64,000 nucleotides of DNA from Octopus sinensis. Taxonomy: Eukaryota. Below, piece by piece: positions 1 to 11,924 of this stretch (position 1 is the stretch's first letter; the number at the start of each line of letters is the position of its first letter). The notes beneath the pieces are model-generated. The model did no database searches. It saw nothing but the letters and a program-made list of their open reading frames with translations, and was not told where the DNA came from. The DNA is taken from contig NC_043000.1 of NCBI RefSeq assembly GCF_006345805.1, forward strand, positions 82,336,001 to 82,400,000, given 5' to 3'. The translations under genes and the position numbers were made by a program.

Positions 1-99
1 CATTTCATTTTATTAACCATTATTAGTTTTATCATGTATAATATGATTATATTATATGTCATGTATAATATAATTACTTCTATAAGTAAAATTTAGTAT

Positions 100-385
100 T
101 CTTTTAGCCATTTACTTGTTTTTCATTTGACTAGGGCCATGCTGGAGCACCACCTTAAATCGATCTTACTACTTATATGTTTGTCCGCTCACCATCGCTT
201 GACAGCTGGTGTTGGTGAGTTTTTACGTCCCTGTAACTTAGCAGTTCACCAAAAGGAGTCGATAGAATAAGTACTAAGCTTAAAACAAAGATACGTCCTG
301 GGGTCGCTGTCTTCGACTACAATTCTTCCTGGTAGTGCCCCAGCATGGCTGCAGTCAAATGACCGAAACAAGTAAAAGATAAAGA
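100..385. mobile_element. Two 3' fragments of SINE family B in inverted orientation (about 100-175 minus, 176-385 plus)
   Basis: Shares gccatgctggagcaccacc and gtaacttagcagttc...gcagtcaaatgaccgaaacaagtaaaaga with the full copies at 26212 and 58158. Confidence 0.8.
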
Positions 386-500
<115 letters not shown>

Positions 501-877
501 TCTTTTAATTTTGACTCTGTATCTTCAGGAGGAGTTACCTCAATCCTTTATACATTAACCAAAATGAAGTAGATTGACAAATTTATTTTTTGAAAAGAAG
601 AGTGCTATTGTTATCTTTGTGAGTGGGCAAGGATTATGGTAGCATTCACCAATGTAAACAAGGAGACGGCCCAGAAGAGTTGCAGGAGATTCCGATGTCG
701 TCTGGAGGCCGTGGTTGAAGCCAATGACGATTTTATTGAGTAAATTTACTTTTTAGTATTTCAAGATATTTTTATGTAGTTTTGGTAAATATATCTGTTA
801 AAACGAGATGTCAGTGTTATTTTCATTTTGGCATAATTTAGATGACAGCTTATTCACCGTTCTCTGCATACACATGC

Positions 878-1036
878 GCAGGCGAGGCCATGTAGTAAGA
901 CGTTTGCTTCCAACCTCATGTTTCTGGTTTCACTCTCACCGTGTGCCATCTTGGGCAAGTGTTTTCTGGCATAGCCTCGGGCCGACCAAAGTCTTGTGCA
1001 TGGATTTGTGAACGGAAACTGAAAGAAGCCCATCAT
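878..1036 (+). mobile_element. SINE family B, 5' half (tRNA-like head)
   Basis: Diverged match to ...cttgggcaagtg...gcctcgggccgaccaaag...cggaaactgaaagaagccc, followed by (TA)n. Confidence 0.8.
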
Positions 1037-1053
1037 AAATGTATGTATGTATG

Positions 1054-1129
<76 letters not shown>

Positions 1130-1139
1130 AAAAAATATA

Positions 1140-1500
1140 TATAAAAATACAAATGGGACAAGAATGCAAAACATTCAAATAGACGACACAAAAAAACGGA
1201 CGGGTCATTCGAAGCCTCTAATCGTCAGTCAAGGACCAGATCATCCTCGCAATTTCGGCTGATTAATCTTGAGATCGCTCCGATCCGGCCAGCCCCAAGG
1301 AAAAACTAAGCTACGAGCATTAGATTTCTTGGAAAAAGGATCGAATGTATACGAAACAAGGACAACAAAACGGACGATGCCACACGAATATAAATACAAA
1401 AAACAATAATAATAACAGGACAAAAATAACAGGCGTCTTTCGACTTTAGACAATTCAGCTTAGCTTAGCTGGCGTATTTGGAAAATAATACCTTACGGCA
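1140..1500. repeat. Unclassified interspersed repeat; second partial copy at about 11925-12060
   Basis: caaa..ggacaa..gcaaaacat..agacga..caaa...gtcattcg...gcaatttcggctg is shared with 11925-12045. Confidence 0.65.
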
Positions 1501-1825
1501 GACGAAATCTTGATGTTGTCGTGGCGGTGCTCAGAAGCCGAAAGGCTAGTTGACCGGCGGCCACGTGAGAAGAGAAGAGAGAGGAAAAAAGGGGCAAAGG
1601 AATCAAAGAGAGAGAGAAAAAGAGGGACAAATGCATCAAAGAGGGGGAGAAGAGAGAGAAAGAAGGAATTAAGGAGGGGATATATGTATATATAGTGAGA
1701 GTCTTGAAAACAGTTACTGGGAGCGATTTCTTTGACTAAACCCTTCAGGGTAGTGCTGAATATGGCCGCAGTCCATGGACTGAAGCATAGAAAAGATAAA
1801 AAATATGAAAAATGTGCGTGCGTGT

Positions 1826-1841
1826 ATGTATGTTTGTGTAC

Positions 1842-1872
<31 letters not shown>

Positions 1873-2149
1873 TGTATGTATGTATGTATGTATGTATGTA
1901 TGTATGTGTGAGAGAGAGAAAAAAAGTGGCAGACAAAAATACTGTGACAGAAACAGGCGGACTAACAGACACAGCTATATATGTAACCTTTACCAGTCGT
2001 CTCTTTTAGATACCCCATATTATCTGCATTCTGTCGATTACCTTGACCTAACAGCTACTCATATTTCAAGTCTTTCATGCAAAACTACAACACGTGCGCT
2101 GACACATATACATGTAGACATGCATGTATGTCAACAGCTTGTATAAGTG

Positions 2150-2180
<31 letters not shown>

Positions 2181-2337
2181 TGTGTGGTGTGTGTGTGTGT
2201 GTATGTGTGTGTGTGTGTGTAGTGGAAGTAAACTTGAAACTGACATCTGAGTAGATTTGCTGACAATATACTGTTGACTGCATATAAAAACGTATAGAAA
2301 CACAGACATGCTCGTACAAACTCACAAACACACACAA

Positions 2338-2383
<46 letters not shown>

Positions 2384-2400
2384 ACATACACCCTCATATA
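1826..2400. repeat. Cluster of (TATG)n, (TG)n and (CA)n microsatellites
   Basis: Seen directly at about 1826-1905, 2145-2220 and 2325-2395. Confidence 0.95.
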
Positions 2401-2596
2401 CACGCATTCACAAAAACACATAACTTTATAACGAAGTAATCATTTCATAACATGCAAATATGTGTATACATATCGATATGTATATATATATACACGCACA
2501 ACCACACTCATTTATTCATGCATATATGCATACTCACGCACGAACACACGGCGCAATCGGTATACACGCTCGTGTGCGCAGATACACACACACATA

Positions 2597-2809
2597 CGAA
2601 GCAGTGCTGAAAAGTTCCTGGGTTTAAGGGTGTCGCCAAAGTCCTGGTTGGAGGCTCAACCTTCCGAGTTCTCTTACAGGGCTTAGAAAAACTGCAAGAC
2701 CGCTGCAGTGTGTGCATCTGAGAGGGTAATCTGTCGAAGAAATTCATAATTAACTGATTCTCCAGTGTTTTCTTTTACTCAAAACCAAGAACTATTCAGC
2801 ACCCCCTCT
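2597..2809 (+). mobile_element. Mariner-type MITE (about 213 bp) carrying a transposase C-terminal remnant
   Basis: TA flanks; left cgaagcagtgctgaaaagttcctgggttt vs right (revcomp) agagggggtgctgaatagttcttggtttt; internal DNA reads GLEKLQDRC..., like a mariner C-terminus. Confidence 0.75.
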
Positions 2810-3300
2810 TATGTATGCACACACACACACACACGTATTTATACATATTATTTATATATGCATATCTTTATACATATGTACATATTATTTATACATTTAC
2901 ATATTTGTTATATACATATTTATTATTATCCCCAGGTATATACATATATATGTATGTGTGTGAGTCAGATGATGAGGGTGATGATTTCAAAGTTTGGCAC
3001 AAGGCCAGCAGTGCTGCTATGCATTCCACCTTAAATAAGTAAATGCCATTATATTAGAATGTATAGAATTTTCAATTTGTTTCCGTGAACACCGGCCGAT
3101 TTATTTGAAAAGTTCCCGCCACCAGCTTCATCCCTGCTAATGAACGCTGAATGCGTACACTTTGTGCGCCGTATTTTTATCAGAAAGAAATTACGTTGTT
3201 CAGGAAACCGAATATTCAGAATATATATATTTATTTTAATGAATGCAAAACTTATTCATTTCATATCAACAACTTTCTCATTTTTCACGTTTCTATACTG

Positions 3301-3465
3301 GTAGGCTTGGCTTGGCTTGTGTGGTAAGAACATTGTTTCCCAACCACATGGTTCCGGGTTCAGTCCCACTGCGTGGCACCGCGGGAAAGAGTTTTCTATC
3401 ACAGCTTTGGACCGACCAAAGCCTCATTAATGCATTTGGTAGGCAGAAGCTGAAAGAAACTAGTC

Positions 3466-3519
<54 letters not shown>

Positions 3520-3736
3520 TGTGTGTGTGTGTCTGTCTGTTTGTTTGTCCTCCACCAACCGCTTGACAACATGTGTTGGTGTGTTTACGATCCCGTAACT
3601 TAGCGGCTCAGCAAAAGATAGCAATAGGCTTAATGAGTAAGTCCCAGTGTTGATTTCTTCGACTAAAATCCTTCAAGATGGTGCCTCAGCATGACCACAG
3701 TCTAATGAATGAATCAAGCAAGTAAAAGATAAAAGA
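3301..3736 (+). mobile_element. SINE family B, full-length diverged copy with internal (TG)n
   Basis: Head accacatggttccgggttcagtcccactgcgtggcacc, TG tract, 3' half ending aagtaaaagataaaaga. Confidence 0.88.
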
Positions 3737-4037
3737 TGTACAATACCGTCTTTCCGGATACTGATGATCCGGATTTTCTTATAATCCGAACAAATTTGCG
3801 AGAAAGAACTTCAAATTCTTACAGCCGCCAACATAATTTACTGATATCTTGCATGTAGCTTGCACATTACAGTTTTAACAAACAAGTCTCATTTATACTA
3901 ATCTATATGTACCAGTATTTCATTTAGATATCTACATAAATTTAATATTTGCTTGACTTAGAGTATAATGGTTTCAAATTTTGGCACAAAGCCAGAAATT
4001 TTTTTGTTTTGATAGGGCTAAGTATATTCGTTTCATA

Positions 4038-4242
4038 TTTTGGCACATGGTCAGCAATTTCGGGGAATGGTGTAAGACGATTGCATCGACTCCAGTGCTC
4101 AACTGGAACTTATTTTATCGACCGCAAAGGGTTGAAAAGCAAAGTCGACGCTAGCTAAGTTTGAGTTCAAAATGTGAAGACAGACGAAATACCGCTAAGC
4201 ATTTCGTCTGGCGAGCTAGCGATTCTGCCAGTTCGCTGTCTT
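4038..4242 (-). mobile_element. SINE family A copy
   Basis: Revcomp matches gcgagctggcagaatcgttagc...gtcgactttgcctttcatcc...gataaaataagtaccagt. Confidence 0.85.
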
Positions 4243-4353
4243 CATCTTATAGTATATCAACCAATTGTGGTGACCAGCCCTAGTTCGCAAAAATCAGTAA
4301 TATGCTAAGACTTTGGAAGCAAAGGCTCCTGAAAACTGTATATAATATTGATT

Positions 4354-4552
4354 TTAGCACGAAGCTAGCAATTACGGGGGTGAAGGGAACTAAGTCGATT
4401 ACATCGATCGCAATGCTCAACTGGTACTTATTTTATCTACCTCGAAAGGATGAAAGGTGAAGTCGACCTCGGCGGAATTTGAGCTCAGAACGTAAAGACG
4501 AGCGAAATGCTGCCAAGCATTTTACCCGGCGATTCTGCCACCTTGTCGCCTT
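4354..4552 (-). mobile_element. SINE family A copy
   Basis: aaggatgaaaggtgaagtcgacctcggcggaatttgagctcagaacgt is the revcomp of the family core. Confidence 0.88.
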
Positions 4553-4856
4553 TATATTACATTCAAATGCAAATTTATATGATTTCCTCCGGTTCTTTAA
4601 TGTGATAATAATCAAGATCCATCTACGAAATATTTATCACTATTTCTGATACAGAGTGAGTGGGGAGACAGAGACAGAAAGATAAAAGGAGGGAGAGAGA
4701 GATTGAGAGAGAAGATAGAGAGAGAGAGAAAATGAGAAGAGATGGGGTGAGATAGAGGATCGGACAGAGAAGGACCTGAAAGAATAAAGTTCATAAGAAT
4801 TGGTTATGAATAAGTCATTATATTCGTAGTAACATCTGACAAAACTCAGCACAGTA

Positions 4857-6481
4857 GGAGAGACCGGGTCTAGTTGTTACACGGGTAGGTTGTTACAAGC
4901 CCATTGTTTCCAACTTCAAGAAATAGGTGGCACTCAGGTCTCTAACTCGTGAAGGCAAACTCCATAGCATCATGACTACACATGTGTATTGCACTGGCGG
5001 GTTGTCACCAGGAAAGGCATGGCTCAAAAAACGATTTTTTACTCCAAAAGTGAAATTTTGCCACGAAGTTATTTCTTTAACTACTAAAGCACAAGTGATG
5101 TTACTGAAGCAGTTTGTGGCTCATTAGAAAGTGCTGAAAGTTGCCTTCGATACATGAAGGTGTGTCCTGGATGCCATGCATTGCTAGTGCTGTGTACGAG
5201 GTAGTCCACAGAAATCTATGGTCGGGGCTAATTGTTATAATGTATCAACTTACCCCAGGCATGTAGCACCTTCCCCTTTCTATTTCTATTTTAACATGCC
5301 ATGCCTAGAAATTAAAAAAGCAGACTACAAAGGGGGATACCCCTCCTGATGTCATGGAATGAGCCGCCAGAAAAGTTGTGGATGAAAAGAAATCATTACG
5401 GGATGTTGCCAAAGATTTTGTGGTAGGTTTCAGGCTCATTAGATATGAAGTTACTGTATCCCTGACACTAGTCTGAGGTGCAGCCAGATGACCATCCTGA
5501 CGTGCAGTCTAGCATACAGCCAGATAACCAGCCTAACTTGCAGCCAGACGACCAGTCAGACATTCAACCAGACGACCGGGTCAATGAACGGCAGGACGGT
5601 CCGACAGACCAACCTACACCAGGCCCAAGTTTTCCTGCTGGTGTTGTTTCAAGCCCAGAGATGTTGCGCTCATTAAGGAAGGTTTCTCCCAGGAAGACAG
5701 GTCGAAGTCTGGAAGTCGCAAGAGGTGCCAAACAGCCATTCTAACCCTAACCCCCGTAAAACAGCGCATAGTAGATGAAATAAACGAACGGAAATCCAAA
5801 CCAAAGAAGGCAACTGGTACAGAAAAGGTAACAAAGAGGAAGGGAATGTCAACTAAAACAGGTAAAGACAAAGGGAAGTAGCCTCGCAGCAAGCAAGTCA
5901 CTGATTGGAAATGCCTTGTCTGCTCAGATTGGTATTCCAACTCCCTTCCGGGTGAAGAATGAGTGCAATGCATGATCTGTAATGACTGGGCACACACTGA
6001 CTGTACCGATGGACGACAGGACTTTCTGTGTGATCTCTGTGATGAGAAGTTATTAGAGGACGATTCCGACTAGATGCCACATGTAACGATGAGGAAATTG
6101 GCTGATGAGGACTCTCAGTATCTCAGTTAGGATATGAGGTGGTTCAAAGCACAGTTAATTGATTAAAATAATACTTACTAGATGCAAGAGGCAGGAGACA
6201 TGTTCATTTTAAACTTGTTTGTTAACTATCCACAATTGTAACAAAGTACCCCAGTAAGTGTCACAACGTACCCCGTTCTCAGGAGAAATTGTTACAGCTG
6301 ACACCACCTCATTAATTAGAACATGTCAAATTAATGTTATGATATTTCTGTTTTCTTTTTGCTGGTGATAACAATAGAGATGTTTTACAAATTAAATCTG
6401 AAAAGAGACTTCATCTGTGTCCATTTATGTGGGTGCCAAGGTAAAAAAATGAAAAATATAACAACTAGACCCGGTCTTCCC
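4857..6481 (+). mobile_element. Internally deleted Fot1/pogo-like DNA transposon (HTH_psq-like N-terminus and PHD-type finger C-terminus retained, DDE domain absent)
   Basis: TIRs TAGGAGAGACCGGGTCTAGTTGTTA (from 4855) and TAGGGAAGACCGGGTCTAGTTGTTA (revcomp, to 6483); 5301-5425 reads MPRN*K..TTKGDTPPDVME*AARKVVDEKKSLRDVAKDF; about 5905-6070 reads WKCLVCSDWYSNSLPGEE*VQCMICNDWAHTDCTDGRQDFLCDLC. Confidence 0.85.
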
Positions 6482-6499
6482 TAATTTCCTAAAAAATAA

Positions 6500-6812
6500 A
6501 CTAACAACAACGCAAGCCAATGAGGGAGCCTGTCTTGGGTATGACTTTAAACTGCATCCAGTAGTGGGGGCCTCGTTCAGAATTTCCTGGGTGTGGAGGA
6601 GTGTGGAACCATCTTTTACTCTGACCCGCTATAGTAGCAGCTGTCAGGGTCCTATCTATCGGTTGTCTAGCAAGTCTGTCGGGCAGATGGAGCTCGCTAA
6701 CTGGGAAAGTTGGGGAGCAATCTATCTACGGGTAGGAAAACCGTGATTTCAAACCTCAGCTGCCTTGTGGCCATACCCAGCCATGTAAAAGTTTTTGCGA
6801 CTAAACCATGAG
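6500..6812 (+). mobile_element. Possible RTE-type LINE 5' UTR fragment
   Basis: ggaaaaccgtgatttcaaacctcagctgccttgtggccatacc resembles RTE/BovB-type 5' UTRs (from memory); an RTE 3' fragment follows at 7190. Confidence 0.3.
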
Positions 6813-6853
6813 TAAAAATTGGAACTCGGAGTCCCTTCCAACTTTGTCAATAG

Positions 6854-7106
6854 CAGTAGTTCTCAACCTGGATCCATCTGGCTCTTGGGAGTCCGTATGA
6901 GAATTTTTGTTAAAACTTATGTGCGATAAATTGGTTATATTTCTACAATACACAAAATGTTTTAGCAATTTTTTTAAGCAGTCCCTAATAATATTCAATT
7001 ATAAAAGTATAATAGCAAGTTTTAAACGTCAAATGGTTATGTGGGTCCACCCGAGTAAAATAGGAATCAAAGGAGTCCATTGGAAAAAAATGGTTGGGGA
7101 TCACTG
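6854..7106 (+). mobile_element. hAT (Charlie-like) MITE, 253 bp
   Basis: TIRs cagtagttctcaacc / cagtgatccccaacc (revcomp); 8-bp TSD gtcaatag / gtctatag; homologous to the elements at about 59811-60061 and 38394-39209. Confidence 0.82.
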
Positions 7107-7189
7107 GTCTATAGCCTCATTCTGGAAACTCCTGCGACGACACAGGTGACAAATTGCAATGACCACGATGCTGCTTTGGATCCATCAAT

Positions 7190-7460
7190 GATGTGTGGCG
7201 CAGGGACATGCTGCATGGACAACAACCTATCTTCCATACAGCCCAGACTTGGATCGTATTGAAATATTATGTTGAAGAGATAGAACTGGAGAACACGCTG
7301 GAGAGGACACTCCGGTCTCGACTACGGTCTCAACATAACCCAGGAAACTACATAAAGTTCAAACAATCCCAGGACAGCTCACAAGTGCGTCTTGTGTGGC
7401 ATAGACTGTCATTCGTACGTCAGACTGTTGAACCATAGACAACCCTACTCCAGTAAGGTG
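7190..7460 (+). mobile_element. RTE-clade LINE 3' remnant
   Basis: Broken frames read RDMLHGQ...RPRL and HKCVLCGIDCHSYVRLLNHRQ, the C-terminal Cys/His motif of RTE/BovB ORFs. Confidence 0.6.
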
Positions 7461-7689
7461 GACTTCTAGGATCTGCATCCACGGTCATTAATAATAGGAC
7501 TATGAGGGAGTCTTTATGTGATCGCTTCTTCTGCTAGAAATAAAATCCACCTTATATAGATAATTTATTCCTATAAGCTCCTAAAAAACTGTTGGATCAA
7601 GTGATCGCTCAATGTTGGCTTTGAGGTAAGCGAGAAGAAAAGAAAGCAAGAGGTAGAGAAGTTGGAAGAAAAAGAAAAAAAAGAAAAAG

Positions 7690-7721
<32 letters not shown>

Positions 7722-8153
7722 CGGCAACAACAGCAGCATCAGCAGCAGCAACCACAAGAACAACTAGATACCACTGGCATACAGTTTCCTTGTTGGTAAA
7801 AGAAACGTGACGCCAACAATCAGAAAATGCTAAAGTCTGGTAAAAATGTATGAGAAAACCACAGTAAGATTCTCCTGATTATCGTTTACAATAATAAAAC
7901 AGTGTTAACAGAACAGACACAAAGATAAGAGCAGAGAGGTCTTGAAAAGACGATAGGTCTCGGAAATGTTCCAAATTAAACATAAAGAAGGAAGAAATCT
8001 GGAAAATCCTTAATAAAATGTAAAAAAAAGAAAAAAACCTGGAATGGAGTCTTGTTTGTAATAATGCACATTAATTTTTTGCATTTGTGTGTGTATGTAT
8101 GCGTGTATGCATGTATGCATTTATGTATGTATGTATGTATTTATGATTGTATA

Positions 8154-8963
8154 CACGGTCTGATCAATAAGTATCCGGATTGTTGCCATAGTAACGAAGC
8201 TAAATAATGCAGAGTAAAGCCGCTTGGCACGGATTGACCTTGAAATTTGTTGTGCATGCGCACTTAGTTTTAACGTTCTATCTCACTTCCGCTATTTACA
8301 GCACTGCTTGGAAAGAAGGTGTGTAGCGTGTGAACTTCGCATTGACCATGACAGAGAAAGTTGTCATGGTCAATGTGTGAACCGCACACAAGTGTACGAG
8401 TGGTTCAACTTTTTCAAGATGGCCGAAAAAAGTGTTGATATTGACGAACATTCTCGGAGATCTGCAGCCAGCAGGTATGAGGGAAACATCGCAGATGTGC
8501 TTGCAGCTGTAAGGGGAAATTGTCGAATCGCCATCTGTGAGTTATCAGAGGAGGTGCAGATTAGTTACGCTTCAGTTTAGTCCATTATCACTGAATATTT
8601 CGATATGCGACGCGTGTCTGCTAAGTTTGTGCCAAATTTACTTTCAGTTGGCCAAAAGGACGCTTGACTTTCAGTTGCCAAAGGTCTTGCTTGTGTCGAG
8701 CACGATGAAAACATTTTGAAAATTTTGCGTAGACCTCTGAGCAGGGATCGCCAAGCTTTTGGTAAAATTTGATGCAGGTTCTCTGCTCAACTTCCTCTGT
8801 CATTGTTAATGCGATGATCACACAGCGGAAGTGAGCGAGAACGTTAAAGCTTAGGGCGCATGGGCAGCAGAGGTCAATGTCAATCTGTGCCAAGCAGCTT
8901 CACCCTCCGTGCATCCGCTTCGTTACTATAGCAACAGTCCGGATACTTATTGATCAGACCACG
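8154..8963. mobile_element. Mariner-derived non-autonomous element built from two 5' ends in inverted orientation
   Basis: TA flanks; about 150-bp imperfect terminal IR starting c(a/g)(c/t)ggtctgatcaataagtatccgga; plus strand RTQVYEWF...DEHSRRS...MRRVSAKFVPNLL; minus strand MTEEVEQRTCIKFYQKLGDPCSE. Confidence 0.85.
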
Positions 8964-9093
8964 TATGCGTGTGTAAGTGTGTGTGTGTGTGTAAAAAAAA
9001 ATTACTAGTTTTAAATATCTGAGCGAGAGATAAGCAGTAACAGTACCGAACAGTAAAATTTATTTGCCAACAAAATGTGGCAGTCCTTTACAT

Positions 9094-9340
9094 CTTTTCC
9101 AGCTGGCTACCGACATACTGTTTGTGTCCGTGTAGTATCAGCAAGGGAAGTTATCACTCCCATCTCTAGCCTTCGTGATATTCACAGGACTAGGTTTCTG
9201 GGCTGTTTCCCGTCTTCAGTGCGGGACAATCACAGGATAGTGATGGGGGCTTATTCGACTTGCTCATACTATATACTTTTTAAAGCGACACACAGTTGCT
9301 GTACTCATACTACATGGACACAAACTGCCAGCTGGAAAAG
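9094..9340. mobile_element. MITE-like element with inverted ends
   Basis: Perfect 14-bp IR cttttccagctggc (9094-9107) / gccagctggaaaag (9327-9340), continuing inward as gtttgtgtcc(g/a)tgtagtat after an indel. Confidence 0.5.
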
Positions 9341-9357
9341 AGTAGCATTAAGAATTT

Positions 9358-9383
9358 TGCTATTATTATTACGATTATCATCA

Positions 9384-9424
<41 letters not shown>

Positions 9425-9432
9425 ATTATTAG
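9358..9432. repeat. (ATT/ATC)n microsatellite
   Basis: Seen directly. Confidence 0.95.
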
Positions 9433-9707
9433 TCGTGTTGGTATCCTTAATTTTATTAATTTCCCCGTTGTTGGTATTAGTTTTTTTTATCATTTTTAAT
9501 ATTGTTAGTTATCTTAGTTTGAATCTTAGCATTATTTCTATAGTTTTTTTTTATATTATTGGTATTAATCTTATCTATGTTGTTGATATTGTTAATGTGT
9601 TTATTAGTTTCGTTTGGAGTGTGGTTAGTTTTGTGATAATTGTCTTTGGTATTTATATTGTTCCAGTTATTTGTATAATGTTCTAAGTCTAGGTATCTTT
9701 TTGTTTA

Positions 9708-9771
9708 ACACACACACACATATATATATACGTATGTATGTATATGTGCATATATATATGCATATATATAT

Positions 9772-9830
<59 letters not shown>

Positions 9831-9845
9831 TATATATATATATAT

Positions 9846-9912
<67 letters not shown>

Positions 9913-9949
9913 CAGACAGATAGATATCTGTGTATAATGGATATATGCA

Positions 9950-10003
<54 letters not shown>

Positions 10004-10019
10004 TACATATATTATTTTC

Positions 10020-10050
<31 letters not shown>

Positions 10051-10099
10051 TTAAACAGATTGATTTTGCCCATATGACACAATCAATCTGTGTATTTGA

Positions 10100-10135
<36 letters not shown>

Positions 10136-10165
10136 AAGAAAGAAAGCGAGAGCGAGAGAGAGTGG
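9708..10165. repeat. Compound microsatellite (TA)n(TAGA)n(TA)n(ATT)n(AG)n
   Basis: Seen directly. Confidence 0.97.
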
Positions 10166-10877
10166 GAGAGAGAGGCACGTGCCCAAAACAAAGAATCAAA
10201 GTACAGCCTTCGGTAGCAGCTGTGTCATGACGGTCAGCAGCCATTTGAATTGTAAATTTATATGCCGTTTGCAACAGCCTCAGTATAAAGTGAGAGATAT
10301 AGCCTCAACTATTACGGTAATAATCACCAAAATACAATCTGTATTGGCGATGACGAGAGAGAAATTCTGATGTAAAAAGAAATATGAAAGTGTTAACTCT
10401 ACTTTAAAGAAGGCATTAACGTGGTGACTTCAAAGTAGAAACAGGGTAAAACTTCAAATGAACGAAGCAACAGACCGAACAATTATACATCAGAGATATC
10501 TATAAAGTAAAATGTAAAGCTGCACCACCTTTGAGCGCCCAAATAAGAAGAAATAGAAGCAATATCGTAATTGAAAAGGTGATTTTGGTTGAGACTTTTG
10601 AAACGAAACATATGGTCCAGGTTAGTCTTCAAAACGCGAAGAGGAGTCTGCAAGGTTTGTATAAATGCAAATTCAAATCTAAATAAAAATGAAACATAAG
10701 AATTTCACAATATTTTGAAAGAAATAATCGAATGTTTAATTTACTTATGCTGTAAATATATGACGTCAAAATCCATCTTGTAGAGAAAAATCGCAACATA
10801 GATTTAAAATTTGACAGATTTCTCAACACTTCTATTCTGAGGAAATAATCATGTAGACTTAAAAATACAATCACTCC

Positions 10878-11035
10878 CTATGCATTGACACACACGGTCT
10901 TCAAGTTCTTGTAGGTTGTAACCATCAATCTCTTACAGTCTGGATGGTTAAAGAACTTTTGAGCATTAGTTTCCAACCTATTTTGCCCGATCATAGAAAA
11001 CTGTTCTAAGATTTTTATATAATCTTCCTCATCAT
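10878..11035 (-). CDS. Candidate host-gene exon (product unknown)
   Basis: tatattag acceptor at 11037-11036, then non-repetitive protein-like (D)DEEDYIKILEQFSMIGQNRLETNAQKFFNHPDCKRLMVTTYKNLKTVCVNA*; an alternative gtaaga donor after 10937 gives a 99-nt phase 1-1 exon. Confidence 0.3.
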
Positions 11036-11555
11036 CTAATATATAATATACGTATGTGGTTAGGCGTCTGTGCGTGTTCCCATACACATACGCACGCGCA
11101 CGCACATACACACACACATGCACAAACACGCGCGCGCGCACGCAATACACACACACTCAACGTGAGCGATATACATATGGAAAAACGAGAGAGAGTGTTG
11201 CACGCATTTAGAGAAAAGGGGAAAGTTTACAATGAGGAAAGCGTACATGGTAGAGCTAGACAAATAGAATGAAAGATCTTTTTTGTTACCGTTACTGATT
11301 TTGAAGATTTAAAATAAGTGAAAATAAGTGAAGGTTTAAAATAAGAGATGTACTTTTCCCCCCTGGATCCGATTTTGAAATTTATTTATTCCAGAAAGAT
11401 TTTAGAAAAATTTTACAGAGGTCTAAATTTTGATAATTTTTATCCAATCATAAAATAGGATTTGAAGTTAGCATTTTCTACGTGATAGCTATCAATAAAT
11501 GAAAGTAAAAAGTACGACCTTTTAAAGAGATTGAAAGCAATTACAAGTCATATCA

Positions 11556-11588
<33 letters not shown>

Positions 11589-11924
11589 CGGAGTAGCAGC
11601 ATGAGTGAGAGATATACATATATATGGAGTGATATAGAGAGGAGACAAGCCTAAAAGACAGAGAGTGCTGAATGGAGACAGCTAGAGAATGGCAAATGTG
11701 TTCATGTAAAACTTGAGTTGTTTCCCGTAGAAAATTATATTTTTTGATTAATTATTACCGAAAACCTTGTCGTTCGGATGCGGATATCGAAAATCAAATC
11801 CGTTTCTCTCGTGGAGGCACCATTTCGGAGCCATTCCGTGATATACCCACATATATATATATATATAATATATATAGATATATATAATATATATATTATA
11901 TATATATATATATACATAGATACA

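Noticed and set aside
9075-9686. 203-aa hydrophobic ORF resembling a membrane protein
   Set aside because: Built from a MITE-like segment, an (ATT)n tract and T-rich low-complexity DNA
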